The notes: generated by a model from the letters alone, not told the origin. DNA of 64,000 nucleotides from a bacterium (GCA_965221165.1 CBDCRP010000002.1:1248001-1312000), one strand, 5' to 3'; positions 1 to 9,257 are shown, counted from the first letter of the stretch. Numbers and translations: made by a program.

Positions 1-830
1 GGCGCCACGGCCTCGCGCCCGCCCGCATAGGCGACGCGAAACATCTTTCGCCTCCGCTCATCCGCGCAGCGCACCCCGCGCGCAACCAACACCAGGGCGA
101 CAAGACCCAGATAGCCCAACCACAGGGTGTCGCGCGCGGCGTGGAGTTCTCCCCTCTGGGCGCGGTTGGGTATCCCGGTGCGGCGCAACATCTCGCGCCG
201 CCACTCCCCATCCGCCGACAGCCTCGCCGCCTCGCGCCCGCCCTGGCTGAAGCCCGCCAGCGAGAGAGCGGCGATGAGGACCATGACGGACAGGCACGCC
301 GGAAACCACCTCGAGTACCAGGGCCTGAGCCTCAGCCAGTAGTGAAGCCCCACGCAGGCGTGCGTCCAGGCGATGAGCAGAAAAATCGTTTGCTTGAGGC
401 CTACGTCCGGCGAGAGCTCCCAATAGAGGAACATGATGCGCGCATAGGAATCCACCGTGCCGAACCACTCATGGGCCAGGCGCGTGCCCACGACGTGTGA
501 GATCATGAACAAGGGGATCGAGAGACCGAAAATGATCTGGGCCGCCTCCCAGAGTGGCATGCGGAGGCTTCGGCGATTGAACAGGCCATACATCGCCAGC
601 ACGGTATGCAGTATGAGCGAACTATAGAAAAGCACCGAACCCGGGACGCTTCGCCAGATTCCCAGAAACCATAATCTGCCCGCTTCCATCATTTCGAGCG
701 AGGCCAGCCCGAGGGCGTGATTGAGAAGATGGGTGATGAGAAAAAGATATAGAACGCAGCCGGTCGCGAGACTCATGCGTCTGCGCCAGTGTTCGATGGA
801 AGAGGCGGCGGCAGACGCATCGGTGGTCAT
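1..830 (-). CDS. Partial (runs off the left edge) His-rich multi-TM protein; N-terminal part of a CyaC-like heme/ferredoxin adenylate-guanylate cyclase
   Basis: Not in the ORF track. Hand translation from ATG at 830: MTTDAS...LATGCVLYLFLITHLLNHALGLASLEMMEAG...LHTVL...SHVVGTR...WTHACVGLHYWLRLRPWY..., open to position 1. The pattern matches the 6-TM heme-binding N-terminus of CyaC-type cyclases as I recall it; the catalytic domain lies outside the window. Confidence 0.75.
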   Translation of the reverse strand, partial: MTTDASAAASSIEHWRRRMSLATGCVLYLFLITHLLNHALGLASLEMMEAGRLWFLGIWRSVPGSVLFYSSLILHTVLAMYGLFNRRSLRMPLWEAAQIIFGLSIPLFMISHVVGTRLAHEWFGTVDSYARIMFLYWELSPDVGLKQTIFLLIAWTHACVGLHYWLRLRPWYSRWFPACLSVMVLIAALSLAGFSQGGREAARLSADGEWRREMLRRTGIPNRAQRGELHAARDTLWLGYLGLVALVLVARGVRCADERRRKMFRVAYAGGREAVA

Positions 831-854
831 GAAACCAATCTCCAAAGAGGCGGC

Positions 855-1646
855 TCAGACGGGGTTTTTCTCCAGGAATTTCTCCATCTGCGCGATGAAG
901 GCTTCTGGCTGATCCCAAAAGACGCTGTGGCCTGCATAGGGGATGATCGAAGTGGAGCAATCGGGCACGTGCTTCGCATATACTTCGCTGAAATCCAGAG
1001 GCCCTGCGTCGTTCTCCCCGTGGCACACCCAGGTGGGGACGGGGATTTTGTGCAACTCATCCCTTAAATCCGGCATCGTGAACAGCGCGTTCGCGGTATC
1101 GGCGAACGTCTCGGGCGTGTTCTTTAAGAACCTCTCCTTGTACTCGCCGGCCAGAGGGCCCTCGCGCAGGCTTTCGGGGAGTTCGCCCCGGCGCACCTTG
1201 AATTCCAAGAGCGCCTCCATCCCTTCTGATTGCGCGACCTCCAACTGCTCGTCGAACATCTGCCGGTACGCGCCTGAGGGAGGGCCTGCGGATGAGGCGG
1301 AGAGCATGAGGCGGTTCAGGCGCTCTGGGTGCTGAATACCGAGCATGGTGCCCGTGCGCCCACCCATGCTTTGTCCGAGATAATCGGCGCGCTCGATCTC
1401 GAGAGCGTCCAGAAAACCAAGCACGTCGTCGGCGATAGTCTGGATGGTGTAGGGGCCTCTCGGCTTGTCCGAATCGCCGTGGCCGCGCAAATCAAGCGCT
1501 AACACCCGAAAACGCCCCGCCAGCCGGTCGATGATGGGCCGGAAGGTGAAATGAGAGTTCTGAAAACCGTGCACCAGAAGAAGCGGCGTTCCCTCCCCGC
1601 GCTCGATATAGTGGATGTCTATCCCGTTCACATGCGCTTTCGGCAA
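855..1646 (-). CDS. Alpha/beta-fold hydrolase
   Basis: HGF oxyanion motif, DLRGHGDS, GQSMGG nucleophile elbow, C-terminal AGH. TTG start at 1646 follows an AAGGAG RBS. Confidence 0.9.
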   Translation of the reverse strand: MPKAHVNGIDIHYIERGEGTPLLLVHGFQNSHFTFRPIIDRLAGRFRVLALDLRGHGDSDKPRGPYTIQTIADDVLGFLDALEIERADYLGQSMGGRTGTMLGIQHPERLNRLMLSASSAGPPSGAYRQMFDEQLEVAQSEGMEALLEFKVRRGELPESLREGPLAGEYKERFLKNTPETFADTANALFTMPDLRDELHKIPVPTWVCHGENDAGPLDFSEVYAKHVPDCSTSIIPYAGHSVFWDQPEAFIAQMEKFLEKNPV

Positions 1647-1668
1647 GGCTGTTCTCCTTCGATTCCTA

Positions 1669-3093
1669 TTACGCCGCCCCAACAGGGGGCCGCTCGTTCC
1701 TGAGTTCGGGCGTCGCCTCTTCATAGGCATGCGCCACGCGCAACACGTCGGTTTCGCGCCAGGGGCCACTCACGATCTGAAGCGAGGTGGGCATCCCTTC
1801 TGAATTTCTACCCATCGGCGTGACGAGCGCCGGAAAGCCCGTGGCGTTGTGCGGCCCGAGAAACGGCCTGTGGATGTTCTTGTAGGGAACGTCCCTGCCG
1901 TTCATCCGGGCGATGAGCGTCGCAATCGGCGGGGCGACACAGGGCATGGCGGGCTGGATCAGCGCGTCCACACCTTCAAAGAACCCGGCGACCTTGCGCT
2001 GCATCAATACGCGCTCGCGCATCGCGCGCACGTAATCATCTTGCGCGATCTGGAACGACCACTCCAAACGCTCGAGCACGTCCTCCCCGTAGCCTCCCGG
2101 GTTTTGCTCGAAAAACGGCCTGTGAAACTCGCTGAACTCAGGCCCCGTGATGAGCGGGAACAAATCCATCAGCTTCTGATAGTGCGTGAAGGAGACCTCC
2201 TCCACCCGTGCGCCCAGGGCGCGGAACACTTCCACCGCCGCCTCGAACGCCGCCATGATCTCGGAATCCACCTCGGCGTCTCCGTGAAAATCCGGGCAGA
2301 CGAGTATGCGGCTCCCGCGCACCCCGTCCTCCAAACTTGCGGTGTAATCGGGAACGGGCACGTTTTGGGACTTTGAATCCTGGGCGTCATAGCCCGCCAT
2401 CGCCTGAAGCATGAGGCCGGCGTCGCGCGCCGTGCGCGTCATGGGGCCCGGGTGGTCGAAGCTCAAGGAGTTGGGGCAGATGCCCCTCAGGCTCACCCGG
2501 CCGTGGGTCGCCTTGAAGCCCACGCCCCCGCACAGGGAGGAGGGGTTGCGGATGGAGCCGCCCGTGTCCGTGCCGATGGCGCAAGGCGCAAGACCCGCCG
2601 CGCAGGCGGCGCCCGAACCGCCGCTCGAGCCGCCGACGATGCGCTCGGTATCCCAGGGGTTACGAACGGTGCCGTAATGGGGGTTGATGGTCACCGGGGC
2701 GGCGGCGAACTCGTGCGTGGTCGTCTTGCCCAGCATGACGGCGCCCGTACCCTTCAAGCGCCTGATGATTTCCGCGTCCTCGCGCGGAACGTTGTCGCGA
2801 TGAAAAGAAGAACCGTTGGTGGTAAGCACCCCCGCCGTATCGACGATGTCCTTGGTGCCATAGGGAACCCCGTGCATGGGGCCTCGCCACTGGCCCTTCA
2901 TGATCTCGGCTTCGGCGGCGCGGGCCGCCTCCATGGCGGCTTCCGCCGTCACCGTCTGATAGGCGAATATCTCAGGGTTCAGCGCCTCGATGCGGCGCAG
3001 GTGCGCCTCGGCCACCTCGACGGGTGAGATTTCTTTTTTGCGAATCATCTGCGCGAGGTCATGAATACTCGAAAAACAAAGGTCATCGCTCAT
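1669..3093 (-). CDS. Amidase-signature family amidase (in frame with upstream mqnA, own RBS)
   Basis: KD, GGSSGGS and GTDTGGSIRNP (Ser-cisSer-Lys triad). AAGGAGG at 3099-3105 precedes the ATG at 3093. Confidence 0.9.
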   Translation of the reverse strand: MSDDLCFSSIHDLAQMIRKKEISPVEVAEAHLRRIEALNPEIFAYQTVTAEAAMEAARAAEAEIMKGQWRGPMHGVPYGTKDIVDTAGVLTTNGSSFHRDNVPREDAEIIRRLKGTGAVMLGKTTTHEFAAAPVTINPHYGTVRNPWDTERIVGGSSGGSGAACAAGLAPCAIGTDTGGSIRNPSSLCGGVGFKATHGRVSLRGICPNSLSFDHPGPMTRTARDAGLMLQAMAGYDAQDSKSQNVPVPDYTASLEDGVRGSRILVCPDFHGDAEVDSEIMAAFEAAVEVFRALGARVEEVSFTHYQKLMDLFPLITGPEFSEFHRPFFEQNPGGYGEDVLERLEWSFQIAQDDYVRAMRERVLMQRKVAGFFEGVDALIQPAMPCVAPPIATLIARMNGRDVPYKNIHRPFLGPHNATGFPALVTPMGRNSEGMPTSLQIVSGPWRETDVLRVAHAYEEATPELRNERPPVGAA

Positions 3094-3921
3094 GTCATCC
3101 TCCTTAGAAGCCGCGTCGCCCACCACCTCCACGCGGGTCTGCGCCTCATCGACGTATCTCGGCTCCCAGCCCTCGGGCGCCAGTCCGTCTTCGACGAGAA
3201 GCTCATAATAACGCCTTAAACCTTCCAGTTCCTCATCGCCCACATCGTAGCGGATGCACTCCGTGAGGTAACACCACGCCGTGTTCTTGTCGACGCCTCG
3301 GGGAAGCGCGCCGTTTACGATCTCCTCTATCTTCCCCACGCCCTCTTTTTTCGCGTTTTGCAAAAGCGCGGCGGCCTCTGCGTCCCCCGCGCCCGGCCTG
3401 AACACCCAGAGCGCGTAGACGAAGGGAAGGCCCGTAAAGTTCCGCCACTCTTCCCCTAAGTCGAGCACGTAGTGATCGCCCGGCGGTTCGCGAAGCGCGT
3501 TGTCGCCGATGAGCAAAAAGGCGTCCACCGTCTCGTCCTCGCGGGGAGGCTTGAGCGGATCGATGGGCACGAACTCGGGCTCCGCCCCCCAGCGGTGTTT
3601 GAGATAAACGCGCGCCATGTTCGTCGCGGCGAGCGACCAGCTATCGAGCCCCACGCGGCGCAGGGAGTCAGCAGGCCTTCGGCAATAGAGGCGGATGCTT
3701 TCCACCGGGCCGTGGCTTGCGATGCCCACGCCGGGCGCGAAGCGCGCGCCGCGCATCTGGAAAAGGGCGAACGAGGAGACGAGCGCGCCGTCCAGTTCGC
3801 CGCTTTCCAGCATTAGCGCCAGCTTCGAGGGGGGTTCGACGATGAGTTCGACTTGTGAATTTCCCTCGAGTGCAACCGTGAGGGGCCTTGCATTCAGGAA
3901 GGGAACGGTGCCGAGTTTCAT
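3094..3921 (-). CDS. mqnA: Chorismate dehydratase MqnA domain (no stop codon before the amidase)
   Basis: MKLGTVPFLNARPL, GIASHGPVESIRL, LLIGDNAL, DLGEEW..FTGLPFVYALW; adjacent to mqnE. Confidence 0.88.
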
Positions 3922-3929
3922 AGTGGTGA

Positions 3930-5069
3930 TCAGGCGTGAACTGCCCATTGATCTCCCTGGCGCGTGACTTCCCGGTAGAGCGTGTCGCGCTCGACGGGCT
4001 CGCGCCCCGCCTCTCTGATGAGGCGGCGGATGTCGTTCACGGTGAGTTCGTGCGGCGTCTTGGCGCCCGCCATGTGGTAGATCTTCTCCTGAACCACGGT
4101 GCCGTCCAGATCGTCCACGCCGAAGCGCTGAGAAATTTGCGCGATGGGCCGGCCCACCATGATCCAGTAGGCCTTGATGTGGGGGATGTTGTCGAGCAAA
4201 AGACGCCCGACGGCGTAGTTTCTGATGTCGAGCATCCCGCCCGTGGAGGGGATGTCGTCCATCTGCGTATTCTCGGGATGAAACGCCAGGGGGATGAAGG
4301 TGGTGAAACCGCCGGTTTCGTCCTGTAAATCCCTGAGCCTCAGCATGTGATCCACGCGATCCTCGTTCGATTCCACGTGGCCGTAGAGCATGGTGCACGT
4401 GCTGCGGATGCCCTTGTTGTGGGCGATGCGGTGAATTTCGAGCCAGTCCTCGCCCGAGTGCTTCCCCTTACAAATTCGGGAGCGCGTGGGTTCCGCGAAA
4501 ATCTCCGCCCCGCCGCCCGTGAGCGAACCGAGCCCTGAACGCACCAGATGCTCGAGCGTCTCCTCGACGCTCATCTTGGCGACGTGATCGGCGAGCCAGC
4601 GAATCTCCGTGGCCGTGAAGACCTTCAGGTGCAACTGGGGGTGAATCTCCTTGATGCCCTGGATCATTTCGAGATAGTAGTCGAAGGGCAGATCGGGATG
4701 GAGGCCGCCCACCATGTGGAACTCGGTGCGGCCCCGGCCCAGCGTTTCCGCCATCTTGAAGATTTCCTCCAGCGAATACGCATAGGCGTCCTGCTGGCCC
4801 TCTTTTTTACCGAACGCGCAGAACTTGCACGCCTTCCACAACACGCAGACGTTCGAATAGTTGATGTGGCTGTTCACGTTGTAATAGGTGCGATTCCCGT
4901 GGAGGCACTCGCGCACGATGTTCGCCAAGAAGCCTAAGGCGTTGATGTCTTCGGCTTCATAGAGGCGCACACCCTCTTCAAAAGAGAGGCGCAGACCCGC
5001 TTCGACTTTTTCCAGGATATCGCCCAGAGGGCCTCTCTGGACGCGCGAGCGCATGAAGTCCCTGCTCAT
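3930..5069 (-). CDS. mqnE: Aminofutalosine synthase MqnE (radical SAM)
   Basis: EFHMVGGLHPDLPF, GGGAEIF, TMLYGHVE, RLRDLQDETGGF, FIPLAFHPENT, LDNIPHIKAYW, DDLDGTV..EKIYHMAG, ERDTLY. Confidence 0.92.
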   Translation of the reverse strand: MSRDFMRSRVQRGPLGDILEKVEAGLRLSFEEGVRLYEAEDINALGFLANIVRECLHGNRTYYNVNSHINYSNVCVLWKACKFCAFGKKEGQQDAYAYSLEEIFKMAETLGRGRTEFHMVGGLHPDLPFDYYLEMIQGIKEIHPQLHLKVFTATEIRWLADHVAKMSVEETLEHLVRSGLGSLTGGGAEIFAEPTRSRICKGKHSGEDWLEIHRIAHNKGIRSTCTMLYGHVESNEDRVDHMLRLRDLQDETGGFTTFIPLAFHPENTQMDDIPSTGGMLDIRNYAVGRLLLDNIPHIKAYWIMVGRPIAQISQRFGVDDLDGTVVQEKIYHMAGAKTPHELTVNDIRRLIREAGREPVERDTLYREVTRQGDQWAVHA

Positions 5070-5129
5070 GGTTCACCTTCTGCTTTTCGTCTCTTCGGAG
5101 AATCGACCTAGCCGGTGACGCACGTGCGC

Positions 5130-5158
5130 ATTCTGGAGGCTGAAAAGGGGGATGTCAA
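5130..5158 (-). promoter_or_regulatory. Putative sigma70 promoter for the mqnE operon
   Basis: Minus strand TTGACA-N17-CAGAAT, about 60 nt upstream of mqnE. Confidence 0.5.
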
Positions 5159-5175
5159 CGCGGGGCGGGGGGGGC

Positions 5176-6252
5176 TCAGACCCCGTTCGCCTCTTGATAC
5201 GCCAGAGTCAACGCTTCGAGGATTTCTGGCTTGATTTCTTCCTTAAGAGTATTCCCTTGCCCTATTCTGTCCGGTTGGATGGCTCGCTCCACGGATTCAA
5301 GCGCCACAGGAGCCCGCCGCTCAAACACCGTCCGCCAAACCTGGACGGATGGTTGTTGCTTTTCGTTCCAGATGGTCACCAAGCCGGCGTTGTCCGGCAT
5401 GATGCGCGGCAGGAGGGTAAAGCGTTTTCCTTCGACACCCATGAAAGTGGAGAGACGCACATTCGGCAACGAGGCCAATTCTTCCGCCCATGCAATCAAT
5501 TCTTCGAACGCCTTACGAGTCTCGCCGGTTGTGTCGGCAATTGAGGCTCGGAATGCGTCAGAGCCATCAGTAAGCCTTCCCCGAGGTGCGACGAACTTGG
5601 AGCCGTCAGAGGGGCTATGCGCGCTGAGGTCTGGCGAAACACGCTGAGGTAGAGCGACCTGCGCTCCATTTACCTCGTAGACCTTGAGCGTGATCAGATC
5701 GATCGTAAGCGCCTGGACGGTGATAGCATCCAAATACGCGACTACTCTTTCCAGTTCTGTCGGAACGTCATCCAACACGAGGACCAATCTGAAGTTGCCT
5801 TGTCGAAGGAAATCTTGCATTGAGGCCGTAAACGAATCGGCATCCACCGCCCCCTCCTGGTCCTCAGCCTTCACAGCCTCGAATATGGACTCATGCCCCG
5901 CATCCGCAAGAAATTTGCGAAGAGGTCCCTTCTCAAGGTCCTCTATATTGAATCCTTGGAGAAAAGCCGCATACGCGATAATCTGCGACACGATAGCCCT
6001 GCGCGCCTCGGGGTTCTGGTGCAGCTTCACCTCGATGATCGTAGGACGGCCAGAGGATTCGACTGCAAGGATGTCCGCGTATCCGGTTCCCAACTGTATT
6101 TCAGAACCCAGAACCACAAGGCGAGGAGAACCGCTCAACGGCAGGAATTGCGGGTTCTCTCTGATGAGTTCATGCAGTTTGGCCTCGTCCTCGAACGCGC
6201 GAGGCTTGCCCCATTCCCATCCTTCGCCGCTGTTCGTCCAGATTCCGGTCAT
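5176..6252 (-). CDS. PD-(D/E)XK nuclease-like protein (NucS/DUF91-like N-terminus)
   Basis: E..L.ELI.ENP, GYADILAV..SG...IIEVK, SQIIAYA motifs. Confidence 0.65.
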   Translation of the reverse strand: MTGIWTNSGEGWEWGKPRAFEDEAKLHELIRENPQFLPLSGSPRLVVLGSEIQLGTGYADILAVESSGRPTIIEVKLHQNPEARRAIVSQIIAYAAFLQGFNIEDLEKGPLRKFLADAGHESIFEAVKAEDQEGAVDADSFTASMQDFLRQGNFRLVLVLDDVPTELERVVAYLDAITVQALTIDLITLKVYEVNGAQVALPQRVSPDLSAHSPSDGSKFVAPRGRLTDGSDAFRASIADTTGETRKAFEELIAWAEELASLPNVRLSTFMGVEGKRFTLLPRIMPDNAGLVTIWNEKQQPSVQVWRTVFERRAPVALESVERAIQPDRIGQGNTLKEEIKPEILEALTLAYQEANGV

Positions 6253-6321
6253 AAGTCATATCCTCAACTCATGTGAGCCGCTTCTGCCATTGTCGCACTT
6301 CACGCGCCCCTGCGCCCCACC

Positions 6322-7197
6322 TCACTCGCCGAAGAAGTATTTCACCCCGAACATCAGGGAGAAGTGGTTCATGCCGGTGATTTCGGTGGTATTCGTAAGA
6401 TCGGGAACGGGGTGGAAGTCGTAGTCGCCTTTCGCCTCCATGTCGCCCACCATGGAGTAGGTGAGCTTCACGCCCACCAGCATCTTCTCGCTCACCCGGT
6501 AGTCGAGGCCCGCGTGCAGATGCGCGGAGAAGACGGTGTCGGAGAGGTCTTCGTTCTGGCGGCCGTTGTACTGTTCGGGCATGTCGCAATCCGCCGCAGG
6601 ATTCTTGCACGAATACCAGGCCTGGAAATACACGCCCGAGAGTTCGACGAAGGAAACGCCCACGCCTGCGCCCAGGTAGGGCGTGAAGCGGCTGCCCGTA
6701 AGCGGGAAGTCGTAGTAGGTGTTCAGCGAGAGGGTGCGCGTCGTCAGGTCATCGATAGTGGTGCTGGCCCTGCTCTGGTAGTTGCTCACCGGACGGCCCA
6801 TGATGCGCGAGCCGTCCAGATAGGTGATGTCGGTGAATTTCTGTTCGATGTCGTTTTTCCGCTGGGCCAGCGCCAACTCCATGCGAATGGAGCCGAAGGC
6901 GCGGCCGATGGAAATCTCGAACGCGGCGCCGTCATCCGCATCGAGGTCGTAATACCACCGGTAGCCATCGGGCGCGCCGCCGTCGAGGTGGCTGCAGTCG
7001 TCTTCGGGGTAGCAGATGTTGTCGCGGTTGTGGCCCGCCTGCTCGATACCCGAAGCTTTGTTGATCCCGACACCTAAGCCCACATACCAGCCGAAGGGCT
7101 TCGCCTCCTGGGCGGCGCTCGCTCCCGATGTGCTCAAGATTGCGCACAGCGCCAGCGCGACCGTGATGACACACAGTTTCTTTGGTGATGCTCGCAT
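6322..7197 (-). CDS. Outer-membrane beta-barrel protein (opacity/Msp2-like)
   Basis: Signal peptide (ASA-AQ), GWYVGLGVG, NTYYDF, TPYLGAGVG, GLDYRV, terminal GVKYFF beta-signal. Confidence 0.8.
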   Translation of the reverse strand: MRASPKKLCVITVALALCAILSTSGASAAQEAKPFGWYVGLGVGINKASGIEQAGHNRDNICYPEDDCSHLDGGAPDGYRWYYDLDADDGAAFEISIGRAFGSIRMELALAQRKNDIEQKFTDITYLDGSRIMGRPVSNYQSRASTTIDDLTTRTLSLNTYYDFPLTGSRFTPYLGAGVGVSFVELSGVYFQAWYSCKNPAADCDMPEQYNGRQNEDLSDTVFSAHLHAGLDYRVSEKMLVGVKLTYSMVGDMEAKGDYDFHPVPDLTNTTEITGMNHFSLMFGVKYFFGE

Positions 7198-7306
7198 TTC
7201 GTCCTCTCCCGCTCGATTTTGGATGATTCGTGCAGAACCTCGTGATGAACGACTCCATAGCCCGGCGGCCATAGCGCGTCAAGAGCCGCTCCAAGCGCGA
7301 TGCGCT

Positions 7307-8170
7307 TTAAGCCGGGTTTTCCGTATGCCGCTCTATCTTCACCTCGGTGCCGAGCGCCGAGTCGCCGTTTCCCCGGAACACCCCCCGGCTCGGGGGCACG
7401 TCGGCATAATCGCGGCCCACCGCCACGCGGACGTGGCGCTCGCCTCCCTCGATGTCGTTGGTCGGGTCGAAGCCCGTCCACCCCACGCCCGGAAACCAGC
7501 ATTCCACCCAGGCGTGGCTTTCGCCGGCCGCCTCGCCTGCGGCTTCGGGCCCGAGATAGCCGGACACGTAGCGGCACGGAACCCCCCAGCCGCGCATGAT
7601 GGAGGCCATCACGTGCGCGTAGTCCTGACAAACGCCCCGCCCGGTCTCGAGAATGTCTTCGATGGGCGAGTCCACCCGGGTGTGGCCCGGAATATACTCG
7701 AAGACATCGTGGAGTTTGGCGCAAAGCGCGCGCGCGCTCACGAGGGGGTCGTCCCCCAATCCGATGTCGTGGGCCGCCATGAACTTCTCGAGCGCGGGGC
7801 TCGGCCGTACGAAGCGGCTCGGGTGCGTCATCGGCCAGAGCTCGGGGGTCTGGGCGGCGCGGCGAAGCGCCTCCGTAGCGCCGGGTTCGAGCCTTTCGGG
7901 AGCGGAGGCCAGCGGCCCCACCTCCACGCGCGAGTGCGCCCGCACCTCGAAGCCCGCATGCGGGCGGGGGCGATCCAGAAAGTGCGCGGTGTTGCCGAAC
8001 GGATCGGTGAACTCGAAGAGCCGTCCTTCGGGGTCGGTGCGCACCGAGAACTCGCGCAAGATCTGGGCGCGGTCGCGGAGCGGGCACAGGTAGAGCGTCA
8101 TCACCGAGCCTTGTACGGGTGATTCGTATTCGAAGCGCATCGTGTGCTCGACCGTGTAGCCAACTATCAC
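7307..8170 (-). CDS. Transglutaminase-like protein
   Basis: GVCQDYAH, RYVSGYL, SHAWVE, FDPTN, VAVGRDYADVPP. Confidence 0.93.
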   Translation of the reverse strand: MIVGYTVEHTMRFEYESPVQGSVMTLYLCPLRDRAQILREFSVRTDPEGRLFEFTDPFGNTAHFLDRPRPHAGFEVRAHSRVEVGPLASAPERLEPGATEALRRAAQTPELWPMTHPSRFVRPSPALEKFMAAHDIGLGDDPLVSARALCAKLHDVFEYIPGHTRVDSPIEDILETGRGVCQDYAHVMASIMRGWGVPCRYVSGYLGPEAAGEAAGESHAWVECWFPGVGWTGFDPTNDIEGGERHVRVAVGRDYADVPPSRGVFRGNGDSALGTEVKIERHTENPA

Positions 8171-9141
8171 GCCGGAATCTCCTCGGCCAGGGAGCGGTTA
8201 ACGTAGGCGGCCATCGCCAGGTCGTGGAGTTCGCGGACGTCGCCCCCTATCGCGCGGAAGAACGCGCCCGCATCCACTTCGCCGGAGCCCGCCGCATCCA
8301 TTTCGATGGCTGCCGTGAGTCGAAGGGCCATTCGGTGCGGCGGCGAGAGAGGATAGCGTGCGCCCAGCGGATCGACCCCGATGAGCATCTCCTCGATCCG
8401 CTGAAGCGAGAAGCGAAGCGAACGGGGAAGCTCAGGGTTTCTGGCGAGAAACCCGAGCACTTCCGCCCGTAAAACCTTCATCGAATGGCGGCGGCAATAG
8501 ACTTCGTACGCACCGCACACGTGCAGCAGGTCCGTCCACGAAAGAGGAACGGCCCCCCGCTTCGCGCGTGTGAATTCGACCCACGCTTCAAGGAGCGCGG
8601 CCTGGTGCTGCGCCCGCTCGATGAACCGGCCGAGTTCCAGAAAGCGCCATGCGTCGTCGCGCGGCATCATCGCGTGCACCACGCCCGCGAACAGCCGCAT
8701 GCGGTCGATGATCTCACGCGCCACCTGCGCCGGCGCCTGCGCCCACTCCCTGGCAAAATCCACCTCGCGCATCCAGAGATAGCCCTGGTTCAAGCGCGTC
8801 CATATCGAAAGCGGAAGCTGCGCCCGCACGCGCTGGGCGTTTTCGCGCCCCAATCGCCAGCACGAGAGGATGGAGTCGGGGTTCGCGCTCTCCTCCACGA
8901 GGTTGCCGGCGAGCGTGTAGGCGTCGGGAATGAGGAAGTCCTCGGCGTCGTCGGGATTCGTCGTCGCGCCGGGCGGGGCCTGGCCCAGCGCCCTGTATAT
9001 CGCCCCCCACCCGACGGCCAGTTCATCGGCGGGCCGGTCGACGAGCCGGGTGAGTTGATATTCGAGAAGACGCGCCGTCTGCTCGACGCGCTCGACGTAG
9101 CGGCCCAGCCAGTAGAAATCGGCGGCGACCCGTGCCAGCAT
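8167..9141 (-). CDS. Alpha-E domain protein (DUF403)
   Basis: MLARVA..FYWLGRYVERVE, RENA, LGRFIERA, PRSL motifs; overlaps the transglutaminase start. Confidence 0.92.
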   Translation of the reverse strand: MLARVAADFYWLGRYVERVEQTARLLEYQLTRLVDRPADELAVGWGAIYRALGQAPPGATTNPDDAEDFLIPDAYTLAGNLVEESANPDSILSCWRLGRENAQRVRAQLPLSIWTRLNQGYLWMREVDFAREWAQAPAQVAREIIDRMRLFAGVVHAMMPRDDAWRFLELGRFIERAQHQAALLEAWVEFTRAKRGAVPLSWTDLLHVCGAYEVYCRRHSMKVLRAEVLGFLARNPELPRSLRFSLQRIEEMLIGVDPLGARYPLSPPHRMALRLTAAIEMDAAGSGEVDAGAFFRAIGGDVRELHDLAMAAYVNRSLAEEIPA

Positions 9142-9171
9142 GATTCCTCTCCTTCACGATTTCTTCATTCC

Positions 9172-9257
9172 GTAGGGGAGGCCCCGTGGCCGCCACTTGA
9201 GCTTCGTTCGTATTACCGTAGGGGCGGACACATGGTGAGAGGCGATCTGCCCCCTAC
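9172..9257. repeat. GTAG-type REP-like palindromes
   Basis: GTAGGGGAGGCCCC at 9172 and an imperfect inverted pair GTAGGGGCGGA (9218) / TCTGCCCCCTAC (to 9257). Confidence 0.6.

Noticed and set aside
3922-4398. N-terminal 159 aa of the 909-aa ORF
   Set aside because: It overlaps mqnE in another frame and has no protein-like features; MqnA similarity starts at the ATG at 3921.
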